From the human T2T-CHM13v2.0 reference genome, Homo sapiens: 64,000 bases of DNA. Shown piece after piece: positions 41,875 to 52,686 of the stretch (its first letter is position 1; each line of letters opens with the position of its first letter). The notes beneath the pieces are model-generated. The model saw nothing but the letters and a program-made list of their open reading frames with translations, had not been told where the DNA came from and made no database searches. Location: the NCBI RefSeq assembly GCF_009914755.1, contig NC_060925.1; one strand, given 5' to 3'. Made by a program: the position numbers and the translations under genes.

Positions 41875-44239
41875 CCGTTTTGCAGGGACTAAGACAACTC
41901 ATTCAGTACAGCTCCTCCAAACACCAAATTTTTATTACCAAATGCTTCAGATGGACACCTCTTTAATATGTACCTGTCTTAAAAATGGAAGCAGACTCTC
42001 AAGTTCCAAACTTAAGAGCAAATACCAAAAACAATGACAAACTCAGTAGCTGTGCAATACACTGACCATTCAGAAAGAGAGGCTTGACCTTTCTTCATCT
42101 TACATTGTCTTCTGAATTCACTACCATTAGATTTTGGAAGAGCATAAATTTAGAAGAATGAAGACTCACCTTCCCTACTTCCTTTGCCTATCTCTCCAGG
42201 ACGACGATAGAATTTTCCCTTCTCTCTGACACTTATCCTGACTATATAATATGCAACACTCCCAGATCTTCTCAATGGACTAGTGACCACATCACTTCCA
42301 TTCCTAGCACCATTTATCAAACAGTGACCTATGGAATCAAAGTTTAGCAAAATTTTTTAGAACCTGGCTTAAGAAAACCAAATCCCTTGTGGTTACAACT
42401 TCAAGTTGTTTCATGCCCAGAGAATGAGCTACAGTCCTTTCCAGATATTCATGCCTGAAGCTCATTAATAATTTTCTTCTCTCAGTAAGTGAAGACGAAT
42501 CCTTTAATTTGAAGTGGCCTTCACACTAATGAGTCCTGTCATTACTCTGGAATCCTTTTAAGTTGATTTTTTATCTTGTTGACTCAGTGAGGTAGAAATT
42601 AAGGACAGCTCCCATTAGCTTTATGTATTTCTTGAAGCATCTGCTCATGATGGCAAACTGATCCATCCTAAATATTTATTTGCCTATAAATGCCATGGAG
42701 TCAACACTTCACTTTCAACTACTTTCTTTCTTTCTTTTCTAACCCAAACATAAAATTTCTTTAAAAGTTCTGTCAATAACATCACTTGCAATTTAAACGC
42801 TTTAAAAATATGATCCTTTTTGCTGTGTTTTTGAATACTTCCTTCATATTTAATTGCTGTAGACACTTTAGTTCCTAATTAAACTGTATTGTTTATGATG
42901 TTCGGTCTTTAATAGACATGATAACAAAAAAAGCCAGTTGTAGAAAATTCTCTGATTGTTAATTCCAGTCTTAATCTTAATACTTTCCATAGCCAGTGAA
43001 CTCATGGGGTTGAGAGGAGAATGGGTAGAAAATGAGATACAAAGCAAATACATAGTTCATGTTTTTGAGGATTTACTAGATGTTCTGGAAGACAAGCTTG
43101 AATTAGACTTGAATTGAATTGAACTCTATGATTTGTAGGGGAGATTAGCTTAGAAATAGTATCTCAACCACTTGCAAGATAAATATCCTCCTTTGTCAAG
43201 TCTCTTTTCAGCACATCCCCAGGTTTCGCGTTGGTGACAGAGAGGAGCATATATTGCACACAGAAAGCTTGCTTCATCCTCAGAGCCCTAAAATACTTTT
43301 ATTGTGAGAGAATGGAGACACTTGATGAATCTGATGGGTTCTGGTCATGGAAAGATTTGCTATGAACCATTGCATCAAGGTTGAAATGCCCAAGAGGCTG
43401 ACAAGCTTATTGTCCATTTCAAAGATTAAATAGTTTTGGAAAAATTTTCTCCCCTGGCAGTTGTAATTGTGTCCATGAAATAAGTGTTCATTCTGCTTGA
43501 GCCCTGTGGTTTGAATGCTTCCTTCTATATTTCCCTCCAGTGGATTGATTCAAAAAAAGATTTACTTTTTTAGACAATGCAAATTAACCCTGTGAACCTG
43601 ATAACACCTCCCCCAAGTCCTAACATCCTTGCTGTGTCCCATGCTAATAGGCAATCAGAGACACTGTCAAGTCTCTTTATCATGGATTATCTTTGTATCT
43701 GTTTGAAGGGAGGGAAAGGAACTGAGAAATCATTCTTCTAGGTTAATAATGTGGTTCTAGGAAATGGACAAAAGCTGCCATTAATAACCTTGAGAGCCTT
43801 GTGCTGCCAGAATAGCACTCATGAGTTGGTAAAGTGGCCATTTAGTTGTGGGACTTCCAAGACACCTGAAAAGGCCTTGATTGTCCCACATAAACTATAG
43901 GGAGGATAACGTCTCCAAAAAAAGAAAGAGGGTATCAGCAGAAAAATAAAATACAGGCTCATCATAAAGCAATCAACTGTTCCCTGACTTTGCCCAGGGT
44001 CAACATTACATATTAGTATGCTACCTGCTGACAAATATTTGACCTTTTGAGTGACTTACAGCATTTCTGTTTCTAACCTGGTTAGGTAAAGATCATTATG
44101 TGTTAACACAGACCACAACATATTCCTACTTCACAGGTAATTATATCTAGAATTCTTAAGTTTATCATTTTACAATAGCCTCAATATCATGCCTTAAAAT
44201 TGAATGTGAGAATATCAAAGAAGCCTGGGGACAGTTAAT

Positions 44240-44490
44240 GGTATTTACTTCTGAGCATTCACTATGTCCCTGGCACTGGGCTAAGCCTGTGAGTAATTAT
44301 TTTGTGTAATCCTGTAACAATTCTATGAGGTAGGCTCTGGGGCTATCCTGTAGAAACTGACACTGACACTCAGAGAGATTGAGACGCTTGCCTAAGGTCA
44401 CACAGTTAGTAATTCACTGCATCAGTTTGAACCCAGGTCTTCTTCGGGATCCTGGAATTGGAGCTCATTCATAACTATTGTCCTGTACTA
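44240..44490 (-). mobile_element. MIR
   Basis: GAGCATTCACTATGT.CCTGGCACT...CTATGAGGTAGG...TTGCCTAAGGTCACACAG. Confidence 0.8.
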
Positions 44491-45789
44491 CCTTCCTGTA
44501 CTATCTCAATCCTCAGTGTCCTGAGATAGAAGGATAAGCTAATGCTAGAAAGAAGATTCTTTACTAACCAGACGCATACATAGTATGTCGACTCTTGTTG
44601 GATATGATTTTTGTGTCATTCTATTATTAATAAGAATAGCTTCTAACTGTTTTTGAAAATGTCGTTTGTGGCTCGAAAGCATCTTAGGATAGTGTTTGTT
44701 GCCCTTGTTCAGGTACTGTTCTCTCTCCACATTTTTGGGTCTTCAGAATGATCAGCATCCATGCCTGAAGTGAGGCAATGGTGGTCCACATATACGAGTG
44801 AGAAAACAACGAGCAAGAATATCTTTGTTCAGGTGGCTGGCAAAATCAGCTCACCATAGTTCTCTAGAAACTATGAGCCAAATAACAAGGCAACATTAAG
44901 GAAGCTATTAATATATTGAACATGACTGAAGCCATACTAGATATTAGCATCAAGCAGATTCTTTTCTGTGAAAAGTAGAAATAGCAGTGGGAAACAGGAC
45001 TTGGAATATAAGTATGCCAATATCATGAACACTGACAACTAGAAGCACTTTTTAATTAATGGAAATGACCATTGCTGATATCCCAAGTGATCTGTGTGCA
45101 GGCATCACCTGTTGAAGATGAAGATGAAGGCTGATTGGTGTTTTCTTACATTTCCACCAGTCAGAAGTGAATAATAATTGTTATATGAATATTGTATGCT
45201 GAAATTCATGTGTTGAAGACAAACCTCCGCAGAGCCAGAGGATTTTCTTTCACCTTCACTGCCCACAAGTCTCTGTCATTCTTGGCTGCACGTGTTTCCT
45301 TGCTTGATTTATCTAATTATTTTCTTCCTTCTTTAGTCGACCAAGTATTTAGATACCAGATGGTAGGGAGATCAGAAGCAGGAACCTTTTCTGTCTCACA
45401 TGGATGTTGTAGGGATTAATGAACTAACATATTCTAAAATGATTTTAAAAGGTGAAGTGCTATATAAGTGTCAAGCATGATTAACTAGCAGCCAAGTTAT
45501 TAGGCACCTGAATATTATGCATCTTTTCTGAATTTCAGAAAAATGGATGTACATATTAATTTTCAACAGCACTGTTATTTGAATGATATTCATACACTCA
45601 AATAAAAGTTTAGCCCAATCCCAATTATCTCTACTTTTCTCATACCAGTCATGTAGGCCTTAAGGATGGAATATGTATGCAACTTTGAGTAATACAGACA
45701 CAATTACCAATCTTGTGGCGTTTTTAGTGCCTCAAGGAAAAGATACACAGTAAAATGCAAAATATTACAGGAAGATTGAGGGACAGCAA

Positions 45790-46010
45790 TGAGTATGAAC
45801 TGTAGCTCAGACCCTCTGGTTCCAAACTCTGGTTTAACCACTAGTTCTGTGACTTTGGGCAAATTGTTTTACCTCTCTTTGCATTAGTTATTTATGCAAA
45901 CATTGGGGTGGATGATAGTACCTACTTCATAGCTCATACATATAAAATGCTCACAAAAGCAGTTCCTCACATGCAGTGATTGCTCCTTAAATATTAACTA
46001 TTATCATTAT
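45790..46010 (+). mobile_element. MIR
   Basis: CTGTGACTTTGGGCAAATT...ACCTCTCT...GATAGTACCTACTTCATAG. Confidence 0.75.
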
Positions 46011-46499
46011 AATTGTCACTAACACTGGCCTTGGCTGGTTTCACCCTCTGAGAGCGTTAATAAATAAGATGTGTAGTTACTTGGCTAGGATTCATGTATA
46101 ACTTTTAGTAGTTTACAAAGCCCAGTTACTTATAATCCTAACCTATGATTATTCAACACTTGCTTGTGCCAGAATCCACAAACCTCGGTGAAATAGGTTA
46201 GCAAAATGGTAGCTTTTATTTTTGCCTTATTTGCTCAGCAAGGTTTTTATTTCCGTTCTTCTGGTAATACACTCTAACCACTACCTTTTATCCCAGGTAC
46301 AGGGGCGGACAAAACTTCATACCTGATTAATCGTAGTACTTCTTAACCTAAGGCAAACATGTAAACCAGCAGGGCTGACCTGAGGCCCCCTCTGACATAC
46401 TAAGTAAGGATTTGATTTGAAATAAATAAAAATAGCCTTGCCTAGGGGTTCATTATACTTGAAAAATGTGAGATTGGGGTTAAAACTGACCACGTTCAT

Positions 46500-46760
46500 T
46501 GCCACATGAAGAAAGTCCAGCTATAGTAAAAAAGAATGAAGCCGAACAGAGCTGAGCTGAGCTGAGAGATGGAAAAGGGAGAGAGTTCTCTTAGCTTTGA
46601 GTTTTGATCCTAGCAATTGAGACCTTGATCCCTATCCTTTGATTTGGTCAGATAGCACAGTATCCCTTCCAGCCATGTGAGCCAATAAATGTTTTCTTTT
46701 TGTTTACTTTAAAATAGTTTGAACTGGGTTTCTGTCTCTTGAAACTTAAAGGATCCTTAC
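46500..46760 (+). mobile_element. MLT1-type LTR 3' fragment
   Basis: CAGCCATGTGAGCCAATAAATG...GTTTGAACTGGGTTTCTGTC.CTTG. Confidence 0.6.
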
Positions 46761-47819
46761 AAAACAAATGCTATAATTCACCCATTTCGTGGATAAGGGA
46801 ATTGAGGCTTAGAGAGATTAAGTGACTTGCTCATGGTAACATAACCAGTGATTTTTCAGAGCCAGAACTTCATACCCTATTTAATGACTCCAAATGCTAT
46901 ATTCTAGTCAAGACAACAAGGCCAGGGAGCTGGGAGATGGAGCTGGTCATTAATGAAAGGGGCAGAGAAGTTATAGGGCACCATCAAATTGTGGCTATCC
47001 TCGTAGCTAATTCATGCACTGGTTCATCACATATTTGTTCTAAATATGTGATGCACAAAGAAAAGAAAATCTAAGGCCAGTTGTTTAGATAGAGAAAGTG
47101 AGTGATCTGCAGGTACCCTCAACCCTCAAGGGTGGCTGTCTGCTGTCAGCTGCTGTTACCCAGCAAGGGGTGAGAAGCCACAGAGCCAGCCTACTCGTGT
47201 CTCCAAGTTGCTATTCCAGTGAATGCAATGTATGCAGAACATGTCAAACTCTTGGGCCGCTCAGAAAATTGATTATGGAGCTTGCCCCTTCCTTAAAAAG
47301 CAGGCTTTTGTTTTTATTAGCATGTGTAAATATGGAATAACTTCTAAATGCAAATATGGATGACATTTGATTTTTCTGACATGTTTGGAAGCAGCCTGGG
47401 GCAAGGTGGCAGTGAATCAGTAAACATCACGGGAACTACACTGGGAATGTATCAACTGTGCATACTATTAATGGGTTTATGCCATATGTTCCATAATAAC
47501 ATGTTTGCTAACATGGGATTGGACTGCCTGGTTGTATGACAAAGCTGCCACGTCAGTTTTCTGATGTATAGAAACTGAGTCTGTTAGCCAGATATAGAAA
47601 TCTAGCAAGGTCATTTTAGGAGTAATTTCCATTTTGTGTGCTTTTTTCCCCCTCATTGACTGTAAGAGAATGTGATTTGCCTCATTACAATACAATTCCA
47701 GGTACAAAATACAATAATGACCTTTATGCCAAAGACTGAAGTTCATGTAATTGATAAAATAGACTCAGTTCTGCAGTGTTGGAAACCATTAGCTGGAGGC
47801 AGGAACCGTGTTAACTTCA

Positions 47820-47847
47820 TGACGTGGGAGGTCAAAGGTCAAGGTAA
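47820..47847 (+). promoter_or_regulatory. Candidate enhancer motif: TGACGTGG next to a perfect DR1 (AGGTCA-A-AGGTCA) and a further AGGTAA half-site
   Basis: TGACGTGG 47820-47827; DR1 47829-47841; AGGTAA 47842-47847; lies in non-repetitive sequence. Function not shown. Confidence 0.5.
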
Positions 47848-50089
47848 AGGCCCAGGCTGCACCACTTCTGGACTCAGAAAGAGGAAAACAGGGCTGCCCA
47901 GCAACATTGGAGTTTGCGGCGCTCCCTAGGTGTGTCAGAGACATCCTGGGGCATGTGGAAAGTGAAGGAAAGGCCTGTTATTAAGGTGAGGGTCAAAAAG
48001 AAACTAGCCAAACACAGCTGCACAGTAACAGACTGGAACAATGGGCCTTATGAAGCAGGGATACTGGGATAGCTGTCGCTCCATTTGTCTTCTCTTTACT
48101 GACTTCATCTGCTTCATATCTGACCCCAAATTATACTGCCCATTTGGAGGCATTGCTTCTTTTTCCTCTCCTGGATTCTTGATTGTTGGTGCTCTGGTGA
48201 GAAACCAGAAATGTCTTATGAAATCTTTATAGCTACGTAGGAAACTTGAGCCTGCCATTTTCACCCACCCAGGGAAGGTATTTGCCTCCCGAAACCGTAG
48301 GGTGGCCTGACATCTGCTTTTTATTGAAAGTAGCCAAACAAATCACGTCCACCATGTGGTGATTATGACAAGTGTATTGATTGACATTTTATGAAACATG
48401 CATTTACAAATGGCATCTGAATACCGAATGCCACTACGGACCTTAGGACTCTTCCTCAGGCAGCTTGGTCGGAGTGAGATATTGCCAGCATTCATTCTCC
48501 CCTTCACTCTGATTCCACTCTGATTGAGAGTGCATTGTTTAATATCCCCTACGAACGACAACAACCCAAACGTAACATAGAAATCGGGAGTGAAAAGGGA
48601 CTGTGAAGAGTCACATACTATATGAAACTTGCAGCTTATAAAGAGAGAATTAAGAAAGAACCAGAAATGTATATATTTGGTCAGAAGGAAAGAGAAGTGT
48701 GAACTTAAGGGTATTAAGCAGAGGAAACTGCCTAAAATGATAAATAAAATGGTTAGTTCAGTTGTTTCTTTACATCCCTGGAGTTATAAGTATCTCCATC
48801 TGACCATGAGTTAATGGTATTGGGTATATTTACTGTTGTATGATTTTCAGAGCTTCTAGCCCAAAACTGGAGACAAAAGCTCTATGTTCTACCAATGCTC
48901 ACAGATGAATAATGCTTTTTTAAAAATATCACCAATTCTGCTGTCATTTCAGACCTCAGAGACTCTGCTTATTAGGATAGGAGGCAAGCAAAGAAATGAG
49001 GTGGGCATAGAGGTGGCAGGGGTTAATTTCATATTTATCATGAGATCTTGCATGATTTCCCTAAAAGATATTTAATTTCCACTGGGCATAATAACTTGCA
49101 GCTGCCAGAATGTGCTGTGTACCAGTGGCGAGTTCTTGTCTTTGGAGACTTATGCAAGTCATTATTTAAAAATAGAGATCCGGGAGTTACAGCTGGCTAA
49201 TTAATCTACCACTAAGGAAAGCTAAGCGAGTGACCCACTTAACTGCTTTCAGGAACCATGGCTACTCTGAAGCAAACTTTTGAAAAAGTCCTGTACAAAG
49301 AACCAAACTGATACATCCTCATGGCACTGTCGTGGTCTTCTCAGGGAACATGTTCCTTCTCCATCTGCTCCTCATTCCCACAAACAAACACCACTAATTC
49401 AGACCCTTATCCATACACATGTGAACGTCCACAGTGTGGGTTCCCAGATACTTTGCCTTTTGGGTCCTTCTTTCTGAGGTTGCTGCCAGTCTCTTATTCT
49501 TCTCTTTTTCCTACATCACCCGCCTGCTCAGGAACCCCGCTTCAGTCCATGTTCCCTATTACTTCCACTCTGAGGCTTCTGCCTGTCTTCTGAGGATTCC
49601 CCTAAGAGACTCACACCACATAGTTACCCATATTTCTTCCATTCCCTCCACTGCACCTTTCCCTCCAGGCAGAACAGGTCTCTGCCCTCTCATCCTGTCC
49701 CCTTACCCAGACCACCTTTCCCATTCCTCTCTCAGCCTGAATATGGTCCGTACATCCTGCAAAGCTCTACTGTATCTATCCCAGGATATTTTTCCTTGGA
49801 CTTGATAGCAGATGGTTGACATAATCAAATCATGACACATTTTCATCATTGGTCTGTGAGGACCCTAACCTTATTCTTCAGTAAGTCTATTGATATATTT
49901 ATTATTTTTCTTCCTACTCCTTTCCCCCTCCCTGCAGAGGCAGGCATTCTATTATATTTTATATACACCTTTTTTATTGCACACACCCTTGTCAAAAAAT
50001 TATTGTCATACGTATATGTATTTTAATTTCCATAAATGACATGTGTTAAATTTCATCTGTTTTTTACTTTATTTACCCAGTCCTATATC

Positions 50090-50386
50090 TTTTTTCTTTT
50101 TTTTGAGACAGAGTCTCACTCTGTTGCCCAGGCTGGAGTGCAGTGCCGTGATCTTGACTCACTGCAACCTCCACCTCCTGGGTTCGAGTGATCCTCCTGC
50201 CTCAGCCTCCTGAGTAGCTGGGACTACAGGCACCCACCACCACTGCCGGCTAATTTTTGTATTTTTAGTAGAGACAGGGTTTTACCATGTTGGCCAGACT
50301 GGTCTCAAACTCCTGACTTCAGGTGATCCACCCGCCTCAACCTCCCAAAGTGCTGGGATAACAGGCTTGAACCACCATGCCTGGCC
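50090..50386 (-). mobile_element. AluSx-like
   Basis: Full dimer; TSD CAGTCCTATATCTTT/CAGTCCTATACCTTT. Confidence 0.95.
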
Positions 50387-52312
50387 CAGTCCTATACCTT
50401 TAAAGTCCATCCATGTCTCTAATACTCCATGGTAGGCAACCACCACCTTTAACTCTTTGCTGTCTTCATAATGTACACATCGAGATCCCTCTCACCCCCT
50501 GTAACTCCCCTTCTCTAAAATCCCCTGGCCTTCATTTACTATAAACTAGACTCTTAATTATATGCTGTTTTGTATTTTCCTAGGAAGGGTTTATGTTTCT
50601 CCCTTGTCTCTCATGTAATTCCTTTGAGATCAGAGACCACCTCCTATACTCTTTCCTTTCCTACTCCACCCAACACTACTTCTGTAGATGTTCTTTGGAG
50701 CTCTGTGCATAATTGATATTCAATAAATCATTGTTTATTCAGTGAACTGAATAGTGTAACTCCATGAAGGTAGGTATTTTTCTTTGTTCATAACCATATC
50801 TCCAGTGTCTAAATTGTACATGGCATGTCATAGGTGATCAGGTAATAGGCTTGAAGAAAATGATTGTCTCACCTTTCACATAAGAAAGGGTTATGGAATA
50901 ATAGATTATACAGGGGTCAGGATACCTATGTTCTAGTTTCTAGTTTGCTGCCAACTAGATTGTGTGACACTGAGCACATCAGGTATCTTCTCTGGATCTT
51001 GGTTTGACTGAATTATTTCTCATATCCTTTTCCAATCTAACTTGCTAAGACTGATTTTATTAACAATTTTTCAACATGAAATAAAATAATCTTCAATATA
51101 AAATCATCTCTAGAGATAGAATAATCATACTCAAGGCAGTAGGGCATGGGATACACAGGGTTAGGGAAAGAGATGAGAAAACATCCTATGGTTCCAATCT
51201 TTCGCTTTCAGAATGATTGGTACAACAAAATGAACTACTACCTGTAAAGAGCTTAGAAAAGTTCCTGGCACACAATAAGTCCTAAATAGTGTCTACTATT
51301 ATTTTTATAAACTTAAGAAATTCTACTAGCCTTTATGATAATATTTTACCTGGCATTTGGAAGTTATCACAGTTATAAACCAAACAATACCAGGAATTCT
51401 AGTATCACTACTGAAATTAATAGGTTTCTTTGATGGGACAGTAATCACAAGACACATTCTGATTTCTTTAAGTATAAATATTTTTTTCCCCAGGTAATGG
51501 ACAAGTTCTAATTCTCATGGTTTTTATAAGGTGAAGTAAAGGAATATTGTCCTTCAAGATCAGTTAGCAGCCAAGAATGATATTTGGGCCAGAATCCTGA
51601 GTTCTATATTTGCAATCTATTTTAAAAAATGACTATTTCTACTATAGAGCAGTCACTTAAAAATGGAAACAGAATAGAGCTGTGAATTTATTAATATCAT
51701 ATGAGGATGCTATTTTTCCCTTTGGTAAGGAAGTAGTAACTAAATAACCTAATCTAGTTTCTCTTATCCTCAGGGAAGTGAATCCAAATATTGGATAAAC
51801 CATTATTAAAATTCTAAACAGCATTTAAAGCATGAGCTTGTTTGTTGCTATAAGGCTATTTTTTTTTCTCTAGGTCGAGAGGTAAAGTTATTTGTCTTAA
51901 AGAAAAAATCATTAAATGGTATTGGTAATGGGCTGCAGGTTTTATAACTTAACTATATTTGCTTCACGAGCAAAAATAGCATTTGATGGCTATTTTATTC
52001 TACTCTTCTTGGGCAAAAGAAATCTTAATCAAACATCATTTCAGTTTAATGCTTTTACATGCAAAATTCAATTTGTGAATTTATCTGCTATCTAAATGTT
52101 AAGATAAAATAAGATAGAAATACAAAATAAGGACTGGAGACTCCATATAAGCTAGAAATTTTTGGACAAAGGAAGGATTACAACTTCTACTCAAAGGGTT
52201 TGAGAAACAGGTAGATAAAATATCTAGTTACCAATAACGACCTAGGAAAATGATCACAATTCAGTTGTTTTAGAGCTCACAAACACTGGAGTAAATTATA
52301 ATACTTACATGA

Positions 52313-52679
52313 TGTCTTAGTCTGTTCTCACACTGCTATGAAGAAATACCTGAGGCTGGGTAATTTATAAAGGAAAGAGATTTAATTGACTCACAGTTCA
52401 GCATGGCTGGGGAGGCCTCAAGAAACTTACAATCATGGTGGAAGGGGAAGCAAACATATCCTTCACATGGTGTCAAGAAGGAGAAGTGCAAAGCAAAAGC
52501 TCCATATAAAACCATCAGATCTCATGAGAACTCACTCAACATCATGAGAACAGCATGTTGGAAACCTCCCCCATGATTCAATCATCTCCACATTGTCACT
52601 CCCCCAACATGTGGTGACCACAGTTCGTATTACAATTCAAGATGAGATTTGGGTGGGGACACAGAGCCAGACCATATCA
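52313..52679 (-). mobile_element. MaLR solo LTR, THE1D/THE1C-like
   Basis: TGTCTTAGTCTGTTCTCACACTGCTATGAAGAAATACC...GAGATTTGGGTGGGGACACAGAGCCAGACCATATCA; TSD CATGA/CATGG. Confidence 0.93.
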
Positions 52680-52686
52680 CATGGTG

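Noticed and set aside
46547-46565. GAGCT pentamers resembling immunoglobulin switch repeats
   Set aside because: Only three units, inside an MLT1-type remnant.
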